Source of the DNA: Dehalococcoidia bacterium
GTDB lineage: Bacteria; Chloroflexota; Dehalococcoidia; Lucifugimonadales; Australimonadaceae
Reading direction: 5' to 3'
Length of the DNA stretch: 64,000 bases
Assembly (NCBI GenBank): GCA_965220655.1
Contig: CBDCQO010000012.1
Span: 166,931-230,930 of the forward strand
Below, piece after piece: positions 30,472 through 41,044 of this stretch (the stretch's first letter is position 1; each line of letters starts with the position of its first letter). A model generated the notes under the pieces. It was not told the DNA's origin. It ran no database searches and saw only the letters and a list, made by a program, of their open reading frames with translations. A program made the translations under genes and the position numbers.

Positions 30472-31275
30472 GTGACGAGACGGATCGCGCTCGTCATCGA
30501 ATACGATGGGACGGGGTACGCCGGTTTTCAACGCCAGGCGAATGCCCCTTCGATACAGGAGGAACTCGAAAACGCAATAGAGTCGCTCACGACGGTCAGG
30601 GCCACGGTTCGAGGCGCAGGTCGCACCGACGCCGGGGTTCACGCCTTGGCGCAGGTGGGGGTGTTCGATACACAGAGTACGTTGCCCACCGAACGTGTGG
30701 TGGCCGGGCTGAACCATTACCTGGGGGAGCAGATAGCGGTACGCGCGGCGTACGACGTCCCCCTGTCATTCGACCCCAGAAGGCATGCCAGGGCGAGGGT
30801 GTACCGATACCGGATGCTGGAAGGCGGCAGACCGTCTCCGTTGCGCCGTGGTGTCACACACCGGGTGGCGCGCCAGTTGGATACTGAGGCGATGTGCCTG
30901 GCAGTGGCAAGCCTCGTCGGGGAGCACGATTTCCGGGCCTTCAGTGGGCCGCAACCCGCAGGCAAGTCGTTCGTCAGGCGGATGACGCGGGCAACGGTGT
31001 TCCGGTATGGCGATGAGGTGGTCGTGGAATTGGAGGCGAATGCCTTTCTCCCGCAGCAGGTGCGGCGGACAGCAGGAGCACTGGTGGACGTGGGGCTTGG
31101 CAGGCTGGCAGTGAGCGAGTTCGAGCAGATGATCGAGAGCGGAGCGCAGGGCGCGGCGGAGACGGTTCTCCCCGCACGCGGCCTGACACTACAGGAAGTG
31201 AGATACGCGGGATTCCCGCCTGAGAACGATGCAACTACAACGCACGACGAAACATACGAAACCGGCAGCCCGTAA
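30472..31275 (+). CDS. truA: tRNA pseudouridine(38-40) synthase
   Basis: YDGTGYAGFQRQ and the GAGRTDAGVHA catalytic Asp motif. GTG start after GAGGAGGA. Confidence 0.93.
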   Translation: MTRRIALVIEYDGTGYAGFQRQANAPSIQEELENAIESLTTVRATVRGAGRTDAGVHALAQVGVFDTQSTLPTERVVAGLNHYLGEQIAVRAAYDVPLSFDPRRHARARVYRYRMLEGGRPSPLRRGVTHRVARQLDTEAMCLAVASLVGEHDFRAFSGPQPAGKSFVRRMTRATVFRYGDEVVVELEANAFLPQQVRRTAGALVDVGLGRLAVSEFEQMIESGAQGAAETVLPARGLTLQEVRYAGFPPENDATTTHDETYETGSP

Positions 31276-31927
31276 GGAGAAGTGGCACGTGGTGGACGCG
31301 GAAGGCGAGCGGCTGGGCCGCCTCGCCACGAAGGTCGCCGGTCTGCTGCAGGGCAAACACCGCCCGGACTACAGCCGCCATCAGCTGTCGGACGACTTCG
31401 TTATCGTGGTCAATGCCGCGAAGGTCGGGGTCTCCGGCAACAAGATGTCCCAGAAGCTCTACTACCGCCACTCCGGCTACCTGGGCGGCATGCGCACGCG
31501 CACGCTGGAAGAGATGCTGACGCGCTTCCCCGAGCGGGTGATCGAACTCGCGGTGAAGGGGATGCTGCCTCGGAACCGGCTTGGCCGCCGGATGCTCCGG
31601 CGGCTGAAGGTCTACACAGCCGCCACGCACCCGCACGAGGCACAGATCCGTATAGGCATGGGCAAGGCGAAGCAGGCCCCTGCCGCCCCTGCGCCGGCAC
31701 CGGCGCGCCGCAGGCGCCGTGCCGTACGCGAGGAGACCGCGGCAGAGGAAGAGGCTCCTCAGGCCGTTGTCGAGGCAGAAGCGGTCGAGGAGGCCGCCCC
31801 GGCGGAAGAACCCGAAACAGCAGTCGTCGAGGCTGAGGAGACTGCTGCAGACGAGTCGCCGGAAGGCGAACCCGAGACAGAAGAAGCCGCTGAAGGCGAA
31901 CAGGACGACGAAAGCGAGACCAAATGA
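31229..31927 (+). CDS. rplM: 50S ribosomal protein L13 with a ~89-aa C-terminal extension (basic patch then acidic tail)
   Basis: The L13 core (KWHVVDAEG..LGRLAT..) runs to about aa 143. It is followed by PAAPAPAPARRRRR and an E/A-rich tail. The 5' end overlaps truA by 47 nt, and there is an ATGA overlap with rpsI. Confidence 0.9.
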   Translation: MQLQRTTKHTKPAARKEKWHVVDAEGERLGRLATKVAGLLQGKHRPDYSRHQLSDDFVIVVNAAKVGVSGNKMSQKLYYRHSGYLGGMRTRTLEEMLTRFPERVIELAVKGMLPRNRLGRRMLRRLKVYTAATHPHEAQIRIGMGKAKQAPAAPAPAPARRRRRAVREETAAEEEAPQAVVEAEAVEEAAPAEEPETAVVEAEETAADESPEGEPETEEAAEGEQDDESETK

Positions 31928-32328
31928 CGACGCAGGAGAGCTACTACTACGGGACGGGGAAGCGGAAATCTGCCATCGCTCGCGTGCGTCTCTACCCGGG
32001 CGGCACGGGCACAGTGATCGTGAACGGCAAGCCGCTCGAAGAAGCGCTGCCGTGGATAGACTGGCAGAAGCGTGCGATGCAACCGTTCTCGACGATCTCT
32101 GCGGCAGCTGACCGGTTCAACGTCGTTGCGAAGATCGAGGGTGGCGGCGTCTCCGCATGGGCGGACGCGCTGCGCCACGGCATCGCCCGCGCGCTGCTCC
32201 TCGCGGACCCCAACCTCAAGAAGGAGCTGCGCAGCCACGGCTACCTGACGCGCGACGCGCGCATCAAGGAGAGCAAGAAGTACGGCCTCAAGCGCGCCCG
32301 CCGTGCGCCTCAGTACACCAAGCGCTAG
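31924..32328 (+). CDS. rpsI: 30S ribosomal protein S9
   Basis: The C-terminal KKYGLKRARRAPQYTKR is diagnostic. Confidence 0.97.
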   Translation: MTTQESYYYGTGKRKSAIARVRLYPGGTGTVIVNGKPLEEALPWIDWQKRAMQPFSTISAAADRFNVVAKIEGGGVSAWADALRHGIARALLLADPNLKKELRSHGYLTRDARIKESKKYGLKRARRAPQYTKR

Positions 32329-32356
32329 ACGCTCTACTCTGACAACGGTTACAAGC

Positions 32357-32385
32357 AGAGAGCCCGCTCATCGAGCGGGCTCTCT
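32357..32385. terminator. Bidirectional hairpin terminator between rpsI and the convergent phosphohexomutase gene
   Basis: Perfect 12-bp stem agagagcccgct / agcgggctctct with a 5-nt loop, followed by TTT on the + strand. Confidence 0.75.
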
Positions 32386-33807
32386 TTACGCTCCCGCGAG
32401 ACCGCGTAGTTCCCGGAGCATCTCGGCGACGCGTTGGGGGCTGTCGCCCTCCGCATAGATCCGGAGGAGCGGCTCGGTGCCGGAGGGGCGTATCAGCCCC
32501 CAGAAGCCATCCTCCAACACGTACCGCACGCCGTCCATGGTGTCAGTTCCCGTGACCCGCAGCCCCGCGATTGACGCCGGTGGGCTTGCAGCAAGCGCTT
32601 GCGTGTCTGGTTTCGGGTCGTCGGGAGCGAGGCCAACGTCGAGACGGTCGTAGGCGTGTTCGCCGACCTTCTCGAAGAGCAGTTTCACGAGTTCGGAAGC
32701 CCGCCTCCCGGTCCTGGCCATCAACTCCACGAAGAGGAGGCCGCTGAAGATGCCGTCCCGCTCGGGGATGTTGCCCTGGAAGGCGTAGCCGCCGCTTTCC
32801 TCGCCGGCCGCGACCGCCTCCTCCGTAATCATCGCAGGCCCGACGAACTTGAAACCGACGGGTGTCACATGGACGGGCACATCGTACAGCGTGGCGAGTT
32901 TGTCGATCATCGCGCTCTGCGTAAGGGAGCGGATGATGGGCCCGCGCAGGCCCTTGCCGTCCAGCTGGTGAAGGCAGAGCACCGAGAAGGTGGACAGCGT
33001 GTCAATGAAGGCGCCGTTCTCATCGAGCACACCCAGGCGGTCGGCGTCGCCGTCGTTCGCGAGAACGACGTCGAAACGGCCTGCACGCGCGGCCTCGATG
33101 CTCGGGCCGAGGTTGGGCTCGATCGGTTCGGGCTGGCGCATCCCGGGGAACGCAGGGTTCCGCTCAGCGCGCATCTCCTCCACGTTCGCGCCAACGCCGT
33201 CGAGCGCGGCGCTGATGTAGCCCGCTCCTGCGCCGTGCATGGCGTCCACGCCGATACGCAGACCTGCCGCTCCGATCGCTTGCATGTCTATGACGGTCGC
33301 CAGGTTCGCAAGGTAGGGAGCCGCCATCTCGACGGTCTGGGCCTTCGGGGCGTCCCGTCCGGGCGCGTCCACGCCTCCGGAAGCTTGGAGCGCGTCTATG
33401 TGGCGCTCGATCTTCCCGACGATCTCAGGCGGCGCACTGCCCGCGTAGTCTGGCTTGTACTTGAAGCCGTTCCACAGGCCGGAGTTATGGCTGGCTGTGA
33501 TGATGACACCGCCGCCCGCCTGCCGGTGGAGGATGTTGTAGCTGACGACCGGTGTAGGGGAAACGTTATCAGAGAGGTAGGCAGGAACGCCGCTCGCGGC
33601 GATGACGGCAGCAGCCTCTGCCGCGAATTCCGGCGAACCGAAGCGGGTGTCGTAACCGACGACGGCGCCGCGCTCGCCCAGCCCCTCGTCCTTGAGGTAC
33701 GCGGCAACGGCAGCGGCGCAGATGCGCACGTTCTCGAACGTGTAGTCCCGGGCAATGAGGGCCCGCCAGCCGTCGGTACCGAACCGGATGAGCGGGTCGT
33801 TGCTCAC
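32386..33807 (-). CDS. Phosphomannomutase/phosphoglucomutase (alpha-D-phosphohexomutase family)
   Basis: FGTDGWR N-terminus and the [13 protein letters not shown] active-site Ser loop. The GTG start overlaps the metK stop. Confidence 0.9.
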   Translation of the reverse strand: MSNDPLIRFGTDGWRALIARDYTFENVRICAAAVAAYLKDEGLGERGAVVGYDTRFGSPEFAAEAAAVIAASGVPAYLSDNVSPTPVVSYNILHRQAGGGVIITASHNSGLWNGFKYKPDYAGSAPPEIVGKIERHIDALQASGGVDAPGRDAPKAQTVEMAAPYLANLATVIDMQAIGAAGLRIGVDAMHGAGAGYISAALDGVGANVEEMRAERNPAFPGMRQPEPIEPNLGPSIEAARAGRFDVVLANDGDADRLGVLDENGAFIDTLSTFSVLCLHQLDGKGLRGPIIRSLTQSAMIDKLATLYDVPVHVTPVGFKFVGPAMITEEAVAAGEESGGYAFQGNIPERDGIFSGLLFVELMARTGRRASELVKLLFEKVGEHAYDRLDVGLAPDDPKPDTQALAASPPASIAGLRVTGTDTMDGVRYVLEDGFWGLIRPSGTEPLLRIYAEGDSPQRVAEMLRELRGLAGA

Positions 33808-35033
33808 CGGGCGGCTCCCGGCTTCGCGTCAGCCCGCAGGGCCTCCGCCTTGTCCGTACGCTCCCATGGCAGGTCGACGTCCATGCGCCCGAAGTGGCCA
33901 TAGGAGGCGGTCTGAGCGTAGATGGGCCTCCTGAGCTCGAGGTCCCGGATGATGGCGCGTGGGCGCAGGTCGAAGTGCTTCTTCACCAGTTCGGTGATGA
34001 GCGCGGTGTCAACCTTGTTCGTGCCGAACGTCTCGACTGCGAGGCTGGTGGGCTCCGCGACGCCGATGGCGTAGGAGACCTGCACTTCGCAGCGGTCTGC
34101 GAGACCGGCCGCGACGACGTTCTTCGCGACCCATCGGGCGGCATACGTTGCCGAGCGGTCCACCTTTGTGGGGTCCTTGCCGGAGAACGCCCCGCCGCCG
34201 TGGCGCGCGACGCCTCCGTAGGTGTCGACGATGATCTTGCGTCCGGTGAGGCCGGAGTCGCCGTGCGGGCCGCCGACGACGAAACGCCCCGACGGGTTCA
34301 CGTAGATGCGGGTGTCGTCGTCCATGAGGTCTGCGGGGACTTCCGCACCGATCACGTGCTCGCGTACGTCCCGCTCTATCTCTTCATTGGTCACATCGGC
34401 GCTGTGCTGTGTGCTGACGACGATGGCGGCGATGCGCTTCGGTTTGCCGTGGGCGTACTCCACGGTGACCTGTGACTTGCCATCCGGCTTCAGGTAGGGG
34501 ATGACGCCCTCCCGCCGGGCGATGGAGAGGCGTCGGGTGAGCTTGTGGGCGAGTGAGATGGTGAGCGGCATGAATTCGGCGGTCTCGCTGCAGGCAAAGC
34601 CGACCATCATGCCCTGGTCACCCGCGCCGAGGTTCAGTTCGTCGGTCGCGCCGTCCTTGCCGCGCTCTTCGAGCGCCGTGTCCACTCCGGCCTTGATGTC
34701 AGGCGACTGCTCGTGCAGCCGGACGATGACCTCGCAGGTCTTGTAGTCGATGCCGATCTCCTGGTCGTCGTAGCCGATGCGCCTGACGGTGTCGCGGACG
34801 ATGGCTTCGTAGTCGACCTTGGCAGTCGTGGTGATCTCGCCGACCACCATGACGATGTTCGTGCCGGTGGCCGTTTCACAGGCGACGCGGGCCATCGGGT
34901 CCTGCGCATAGATAGCGTCGAGGATGGCGTCGGATACCTGATCGCACAGCTTGTCGGGATGTCCCTCAGTAACCGATTCCGAGGTCAGCAGGTAAGAGGG
35001 CGAGGTCTCGAACGTCGTTCCGGTCTGTGTCAT
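33804..35033 (-). CDS. metK: S-adenosylmethionine synthetase
   Basis: [12 protein letters not shown] and [16 protein letters not shown] motifs. The start was trimmed to MTQTGTTFE. Confidence 0.96.
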   Translation of the reverse strand: MTQTGTTFETSPSYLLTSESVTEGHPDKLCDQVSDAILDAIYAQDPMARVACETATGTNIVMVVGEITTTAKVDYEAIVRDTVRRIGYDDQEIGIDYKTCEVIVRLHEQSPDIKAGVDTALEERGKDGATDELNLGAGDQGMMVGFACSETAEFMPLTISLAHKLTRRLSIARREGVIPYLKPDGKSQVTVEYAHGKPKRIAAIVVSTQHSADVTNEEIERDVREHVIGAEVPADLMDDDTRIYVNPSGRFVVGGPHGDSGLTGRKIIVDTYGGVARHGGGAFSGKDPTKVDRSATYAARWVAKNVVAAGLADRCEVQVSYAIGVAEPTSLAVETFGTNKVDTALITELVKKHFDLRPRAIIRDLELRRPIYAQTASYGHFGRMDVDLPWERTDKAEALRADAKPGAAR

Positions 35034-35073
35034 TCCGTGGGTCCTCCGAACTCCAGAGTTACTTGCTTGCGAG

Positions 35074-36345
35074 CTATGTGCCCGCTTCCCATCCTGCGAG
35101 ATAGGCCGCCTGCTCATCCGAAAGCGTGTCCATGTTGAGGCCCATCGCCTCCAGTTTGAGCGACGCGACCTGTTGGTCGAGCTCCAAGGGGACGTCGTAG
35201 ACGTCTATGGGGAGGTTGGGGGCGTTCTTCGCCATGTATTCGGCGCTGAGCGCCTGGTTGGCGAAGCTCATGTCCATGACCGCGGAGGGGTGTCCTTCTG
35301 CGGCGGAGAGGTTGACCAGCCTGCCCTCTGCGAGCAGATTGATCTTGCGTCCGTCGGCCATCACGTACTGGTGCACCATGGGGCGCACTTCCTTCTTCTC
35401 GACGGCGGCATCCTCCAGTGCGTCGATGTTGATCTCCACGTTGAAGTGGCCGCTGTTGGCGATAACGGCCTCGTCCTTCATCACCTGGAAGTGCTGCGCG
35501 TCGATGGCGTGCTTGCCGCCGGTTACCGTGACGAAGACGTCTCCTGCACGGGCGGCGTCGTCCATGCGCATCAGTTGGTGGCCGTCCATCGTCGCTTCGA
35601 GTGCCCGGACGGGGTCGATCTCGGTAACGATGACCTGTGCGCCCATGCCCCTGGCGCGCATGGCGATGCCTCGCCCGCACCAGCCGTAGCCCGCGACGAC
35701 CACGTTCTTCCCCGCGAAGAGCAGGTTCGTGGCGCGCGTTATGCCGTCCAACGTGCTCTGGCCGGTGCCGTAGCGGTTGTCGAACATGTGCTTGGTGTCG
35801 GCCTGATTGACAGCGATGATGGGGTAGCGGAGTTTTCCGGCCTTCGCCATGCTGCGCAGGCGGATAACGCCGGTAGTGGTCTCCTCCATCCCCCCGATGA
35901 CGCCGTCGAGGAGCGCCTGCCGTTGAGTGTGGAGCATGGCCACGAGGTCAGCGCCGTCGTCCATCGTCATGTGCGGCTTCGCGTCCACGACGGAGGCTAT
36001 GTGCTGGTAGTAAGTGTCGTTGTCCTCACCCTTGATGGAGTAGGTGGGTATGTCGTAGGCGACGGCGAGCGCGGCTGCGATGGGGTCCTGCGTGGAGAGG
36101 GGGTTGCTCGCGCAGAGGCGCACGTCCGCGCCTCCGGCCTGCAGGGCGAGGGCGAGGTTGGCGGTTTCAGAGGTTACGTGCAGGCAGGCTGCGAGAGTGA
36201 GCCCCTCCAGAGGCTTCTCCCTGGCGAAGCGCTCCCTTATCAGGCGTATCACGGGCATCTCCCGCGCCGCCCATTCAACGAGGCGGACTCCCTCGTCCGC
36301 CAGCGACGGGTCTTTGACGTCTCCGAGTTTTCCTTCCGGTTGCAA
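35074..36345 (-). CDS. ahcY: Adenosylhomocysteinase
   Basis: [14 protein letters not shown], and [16 protein letters not shown]-binding motif. TTG start 4 nt after GGAAGGGAGAG. The listed ORF (to 36600) is over-extended. Confidence 0.93.
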   Translation of the reverse strand: MQPEGKLGDVKDPSLADEGVRLVEWAAREMPVIRLIRERFAREKPLEGLTLAACLHVTSETANLALALQAGGADVRLCASNPLSTQDPIAAALAVAYDIPTYSIKGEDNDTYYQHIASVVDAKPHMTMDDGADLVAMLHTQRQALLDGVIGGMEETTTGVIRLRSMAKAGKLRYPIIAVNQADTKHMFDNRYGTGQSTLDGITRATNLLFAGKNVVVAGYGWCGRGIAMRARGMGAQVIVTEIDPVRALEATMDGHQLMRMDDAARAGDVFVTVTGGKHAIDAQHFQVMKDEAVIANSGHFNVEINIDALEDAAVEKKEVRPMVHQYVMADGRKINLLAEGRLVNLSAAEGHPSAVMDMSFANQALSAEYMAKNAPNLPIDVYDVPLELDQQVASLKLEAMGLNMDTLSDEQAAYLAGWEAGT

Positions 36346-36359
36346 GAATCTCTCCCTTC

Positions 36360-36713
36360 CTAGTCGCCGTAGTCGGTAGGCAGGTCTGCCGCGATCCAGT
36401 TCGGCGTGCCAGCCTCGATGTTGTAGAGGCGCTCGGACTCGAAGCCGAGCGCTGCGGCCATCTCCGCCGCCAGCCCGCTGCGTACGCCCGCGGCGCAGAT
36501 GAAGAGGAGGTCGGCGTCCCTGGGGAGCTTCGCCTCCGCCTCTCCGAGGAAGTCGTCCACGGGGATGTGCAATGCGCCGGAGACGTGTCCCGTGACCCAT
36601 TCGTCGGGGCGGCGCACGTCTACGACGAGCGCGCCTTCCTGTTGCATCTCGTGGGCCTCCTCGACGGATATCCGCCGGTAAGGCTCGCCCGGTTCCTGTC
36701 GTCCTCGTGCCAT
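36360..36713 (-). CDS. Single-domain rhodanese (sulfurtransferase)
   Basis: 117 aa. [17 protein letters not shown] plus the active-site loop CAAGVRS. Confidence 0.85.
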   Translation of the reverse strand: MARGRQEPGEPYRRISVEEAHEMQQEGALVVDVRRPDEWVTGHVSGALHIPVDDFLGEAEAKLPRDADLLFICAAGVRSGLAAEMAAALGFESERLYNIEAGTPNWIAADLPTDYGD

Positions 36714-36725
36714 GTCGTCAGCTCC

Positions 36726-37601
36726 TCACTGGTTAGTGTACCGGGAGACGATGGGGCCGAGTCGCTCCAGGGTCTCCTGCGGGGCATGTCCGATGGGCGT
36801 GACTATCGCGGTGCGCAAGGCATCCCCACACCCGCATCTACGCTCGCCCCCAAGCCGGGGGATGAGGCGGCTCAACGTCTCCCGTGACGCCGTAACGTTC
36901 CTCTGCAGGTTCTGTATCACCACCTCAACAGTTACGCTTGCGTACTCGTCGTGCCACACATCGTAGTCGGTCGCACATGCGAGCGTTGCGTAACACATCT
37001 CAGCCTCGCGAGCCAGCTTTGCCTCAGGCAACGCCGTCATGCCGATGATGCTCGCGCCCCAGGAGCGGTAGAGAGCGGACTCTGCCCGGGTGGAGAAGGC
37101 GGGGCCTTCCATCACCACCAGCGTTCCACCCCGGTGCACGGTCGCCGAGGCGTCTTCCTCGACGGCGTCCGCCAGCTGAGCGCTCAGGTCGGGGCAGAAC
37201 GGGTCAGCGAAGGAGATGTGCGCTATAAGACCATCGCCGAAGAAGGTGTTCTCGCGCAACCTCGTGCGGTCGATCAGCTGGTCTGGCACGACCATGTGCA
37301 GCGGCGCTATCTGCTCCTGCAGACTGCCCACGGCGCTCACGGAGACCACACGCTCGACACCCAACTGCTTGAATGCGTGGATGTTGGCATGGGAGTTCAG
37401 TTCCGTGGGAGATATGCGATGGCCTGCGCCGTGCCGTGGAAGGAACGCAGCCGCAACACCTCCCATCTCACCTATGGTGATAGCGCCGCTGGGGTCTCCG
37501 TAAGGCGTGGAGAGCGTTACTTCCTGCACGCTGTCCATGCTGATGTCGTACAGGCCGGTGCCACCAATGATGCCGATGGTTGCGCGTGGCAGGTCAGTCA
37601 T
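36726..37601 (-). CDS. mtnP: S-methyl-5'-thioadenosine phosphorylase
   Basis: IGIIGGTGLYD and FLPRHGAGH motifs of the PNP/MTAP family. The start was trimmed to MTDLPRA. Confidence 0.9.
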   Translation of the reverse strand: MTDLPRATIGIIGGTGLYDISMDSVQEVTLSTPYGDPSGAITIGEMGGVAAAFLPRHGAGHRISPTELNSHANIHAFKQLGVERVVSVSAVGSLQEQIAPLHMVVPDQLIDRTRLRENTFFGDGLIAHISFADPFCPDLSAQLADAVEEDASATVHRGGTLVVMEGPAFSTRAESALYRSWGASIIGMTALPEAKLAREAEMCYATLACATDYDVWHDEYASVTVEVVIQNLQRNVTASRETLSRLIPRLGGERRCGCGDALRTAIVTPIGHAPQETLERLGPIVSRYTNQ

Positions 37602-38698
37602 GCCACCCCCGTGACCTCCGGTTGAGCGACGAGTGCATTCAGCCCCGCTTCGTACGGCGGACGCAACACTCCGTGTTCCGTGATGATCGCGGCGATGAGC
37701 CCGGCGGAGGTGACGTCGAAAACAGGGTTCCACACCTCCACACCTTCTGCCGCGATGCGCTGCCCCGCCAGCGATGTGATCTCCACGGCAGGGCGCTCCT
37801 CTACCGGGATGTCTGCTCCGCTCTTCACGTTCAGGTCTACCGTAGAGAAGGGCGCGGCGACGTAGAAGGGGATACCGTTCGCAGCCGCCAGAGCAGCCAG
37901 GCTGTACGTTCCGATCTTGTTCGCTGTATCGCCGTTCGCGGCGATACAGTCAGCGCCGGTCACGACAGCCGAGACGCGACCGGACGCCATGAGCGCGCCG
38001 GCGGCGGAGTCCACGAGAAGCGTCGCCGGTATGCCGAGCCGGGCGAATTCCCATGCGGTGAGACGTGCGCCTTGCAGCCAGGGACGGGTCTCGGTGTGAA
38101 AGACGCGTACCCGCTTGCCGGACTCCCATGCCGCGCGGATGACACCGAGCGCGGTGCCGTACCCGGCTGTTGCGAGCGCGCCGGTGTTGCAGTGGGTGAG
38201 TACGCCGCCGGAGTCCGGCATGAGCGTCGCGCCATTACGTCCGATCGACCTGTTGGACTCGACGTCCTGCTCTCGCATGGCGTGTGCGAGAGCGAGGATG
38301 CGTGCGGCAGCCTCTTCAGGCGTACTGCACGTATGCGCGGCGTCCTGGCATCGCTGCACGGCCCAGCCAAGGTTGACGGCGGTGGGGCGCGCGGCGGTTA
38401 TCCGCGCGGCTTGAGCGTCCAACTCACCGAGAAACGCAGGCATGGTGGGGGCTTCGATGCTGCGCGCGGCAATGGCCATGGCGTAGGCCGCAGCGATGCC
38501 GATGGCGGGCGCCCCCCGCACACGCATGCTGCGTATGGCCTCGACGGCGCCGGTCATGTCGCGGACGGTCACCCATTCTTCGCTCGTGGGGAGCATCGTC
38601 TGGTCGAGCAGGAGGAGTTGTCCGTCCTGCCAGACGATGGGTTGAAGTTCCTCGGTGATGGTGGGTAGGTCGCTCACAGGATCTGTCCACGGGCGCAC
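37598..38698 (-). CDS. mtnA: S-methyl-5-thioribose-1-phosphate isomerase
   Basis: LLDQTMLP, RVRGAPAIGIAAAY, CNTGALAT and GADCIAANGDTANKIGTY motifs. The start is uncertain (GTG 38698 or a GTG 21 nt downstream). Confidence 0.9.
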   Translation of the reverse strand: MRPWTDPVSDLPTITEELQPIVWQDGQLLLLDQTMLPTSEEWVTVRDMTGAVEAIRSMRVRGAPAIGIAAAYAMAIAARSIEAPTMPAFLGELDAQAARITAARPTAVNLGWAVQRCQDAAHTCSTPEEAAARILALAHAMREQDVESNRSIGRNGATLMPDSGGVLTHCNTGALATAGYGTALGVIRAAWESGKRVRVFHTETRPWLQGARLTAWEFARLGIPATLLVDSAAGALMASGRVSAVVTGADCIAANGDTANKIGTYSLAALAAANGIPFYVAAPFSTVDLNVKSGADIPVEERPAVEITSLAGQRIAAEGVEVWNPVFDVTSAGLIAAIITEHGVLRPPYEAGLNALVAQPEVTGVA

Positions 38699-38843
38699 TG
38701 AACAATGCTATGGGCGCAGAGGCGGAGTGTCAAAGGCGCGGAGCGTGCCAGCCCTCTGCGCCGGCCGACCGCTTGGGCCCGGACATGCTGCGAGCCGCCC
38801 TCAGGACGGCCCGCAGCGATGAATCGTCTGGCCGGGTCAGGGA

Positions 38844-39686
38844 CTACTGACCGAACCCGCTCCCGCCTGCGGGCGGCGTCATCTCGAGCCCGCATGTCTC
38901 GGCGGCTGCCATCAGTTCACCCAGCGCTGCCAGGTCCGGCTCTCCCCCGAAGAACAGGGCGAGCAGGTCCTCGAGGCTCCCCAACTGCTCCTCCATGCAC
39001 CGCATGACGGAAGGAGGAGGCATCTGTTCGCCGACCTCTCCCGCGAAGCGAGCGGCCTCCTCATCGCTCATGCAGAGCTGTATCTGGATGGCTGTGCTGA
39101 AGAGTTCCGTAGGGTCTTCAGGCGGGTCACCGATGCCGAGCACGCCGGGGTTCTCCATGGCGAGGTCGCTGATGCAGCTGCGCGTCTCCGCGCTCAGCCC
39201 TCCGGCCGCCGCAGACATCATGGCGATGCTGATGCCTATGGCGTTCTCCGGTGCGAGACATTCGAACGGAAGAGCATCCATGGCTCCCGGGGGAGCACTC
39301 GACAGAGGGAGGCCCATAACAGCATCCAACGTGGCTTCGCCGACGGCGTCACGCAGGCAGGAGACCTCGCTCTCGGAGAGCACAGCCATGAGGTCGCCCA
39401 CGGTGGTGCTCTCGGTGATGACGAGGTCTTCAATGGAACCTGCATCCGGCTTGGGCATCATGGCGTCCGGGGTTGGTTCCGGCGCGGGCGTAGGAGTCGG
39501 CGTTGGCGGGACCGGCGTTGGAGTTGCCGTCGCCGTCGGTGTCGGCGTTGGCCGGGGGGTCGCGGTTGGCGTTGGGGTCGGGTCGCTGCAAGCGGCGGCG
39601 AACGCTGCGAGCATGAGAAGGATGAGCGTGACGGCCGCGGCGCTGCGGAAGCCGGTGCGGAGAGAAGTGGACAGGTTCGTGAGCAT
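38844..39686 (-). CDS. Hypothetical lipoprotein with a Pro/Thr-rich linker and a Cys-containing repeated C-terminal domain
   Basis: Signal peptide plus lipobox (LAAFAAAC). A ~45-aa PT linker follows, then modules each with E..(S/R)C(L/I/M)..(D/E). The start was set to the ATG 9 nt after GAGG. Confidence 0.7.
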   Translation of the reverse strand: MLTNLSTSLRTGFRSAAAVTLILLMLAAFAAACSDPTPTPTATPRPTPTPTATATPTPVPPTPTPTPAPEPTPDAMMPKPDAGSIEDLVITESTTVGDLMAVLSESEVSCLRDAVGEATLDAVMGLPLSSAPPGAMDALPFECLAPENAIGISIAMMSAAAGGLSAETRSCISDLAMENPGVLGIGDPPEDPTELFSTAIQIQLCMSDEEAARFAGEVGEQMPPPSVMRCMEEQLGSLEDLLALFFGGEPDLAALGELMAAAETCGLEMTPPAGGSGFGQ

Positions 39687-39910
39687 TGGGAACACCCTCG
39701 CTGTGTCGATTTCGGTTGCCGGGGGTATCGCCTCCGCACCGCCCTACAATTGTAGATGGCTGAGAAGCATTCATTCAATACAAGGAATCCGCGCCTTTGA
39801 CCTCGATGTATGAAGGGATGAGGACAGCTTGCCCGCGTGGATCGAACCGCTCCATGAGGGGCCAGGCTCCTTGGACTATCATTCCAGGCGTTGGCATCAG
39901 GGTGTGCGCA

Positions 39911-41044
39911 GTGCAACTCACGAACCTGACACTCACGAACTTCCGCTCCTACCGGCAGCTTGACCTTGCGCTGGGGCCGGGGCTCACCGTTATCAGCGGC
40001 GAGAATGGGCAGGGCAAGAGCAACCTGCTGGAAGCGGTATACCTGCTTGCCATCGGCAAGTCGTACCGCGCGGTGACGGAGCGCGACCTCGTCTCGTGGC
40101 AGGCGGCGGAAGCCGGGGGGTATACGATCGTGGCGGCAGTGCTTGACGGGCCGCGGGGCGCACTCGAATTGCGCGTCGGCCTCGACTGCAGAGAGGGCAA
40201 CAGCACCGCCAAGCAGGTCCGAGTGAACGGCACGCCGAAGCGGACATCCGACCTCGTGGGGCTGATGGGCGCCGTGCTCTTCGCCGCCGAGGACATCGAA
40301 CTGGTGTCCGGCCCTCCGAGCGGGCGCAGGCGCTACCTCGACGTGTTGCTCGCGCAGGTGTCGCGCCGGTACGTGCAGACGCTTTCACGGTACCAACGGG
40401 TGCTGGCGCAGCGCAACACGTTGTTGCGCGCGATGCGCGAAGGGCGGGCCAGGGACGAAGAGCTCACATTCTGGGACGATGCGCTGGTGAAGGAAGGCGC
40501 CGGCGTGCTGAGTGAACGCTGGTCGTCCATGGCAACGCTGGCTACGTTCACCGCGTCCGCGTTTGAGCGCTTGTCGTCGCAGGACGTGCTGTCGATAGCG
40601 TACGTGGGGACGGCTGCGGAACCCGAAGACGAGGATGGGGAGCGTGCGCTGAGGGAAGCACTGCGTGCATCGCGCGACCAGGAACGCGCGCGCGGCATGA
40701 CGGTCGTCGGCCCGCATCGTGACGATCTGCGGCTGATGTTGAACGGCGTGGAAGCGACGCGACATGCCTCGCGAGGGCAGGCCCGGCTGGCCGCGCTGGC
40801 GATGCGGCTGGGCGAGGCGCGTCTGCTGGCTGAGCGCAGGGGCGACCAGCCGCTGCTGCTGCTGGACGACGCGCTGTCCGAGTTGGACGAGCGCCGCAGG
40901 AAACTCGTGCTGGAAGAGGCGTGTTGCTATCCTCAGACCATCGTGACGACCGCTGACCCGCATGCGCTGCCCGACGTGTTCCTGCGCTCTGCCCGCCATC
41001 TGCGTGTTCAGGACGGGCAGATGATGACTGGTGAAGTTGCATGA
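39911..41044 (+). CDS. recF: DNA replication/repair protein RecF
   Basis: LTNFRSY..., GENGQGKSNLLEA Walker A, and LLLDDALSELD. GTG start chosen by family N-terminus. The listed ORF 39797 is over-extended. Confidence 0.88.
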   Translation: MQLTNLTLTNFRSYRQLDLALGPGLTVISGENGQGKSNLLEAVYLLAIGKSYRAVTERDLVSWQAAEAGGYTIVAAVLDGPRGALELRVGLDCREGNSTAKQVRVNGTPKRTSDLVGLMGAVLFAAEDIELVSGPPSGRRRYLDVLLAQVSRRYVQTLSRYQRVLAQRNTLLRAMREGRARDEELTFWDDALVKEGAGVLSERWSSMATLATFTASAFERLSSQDVLSIAYVGTAAEPEDEDGERALREALRASRDQERARGMTVVGPHRDDLRLMLNGVEATRHASRGQARLAALAMRLGEARLLAERRGDQPLLLLDDALSELDERRRKLVLEEACCYPQTIVTTADPHALPDVFLRSARHLRVQDGQMMTGEVA

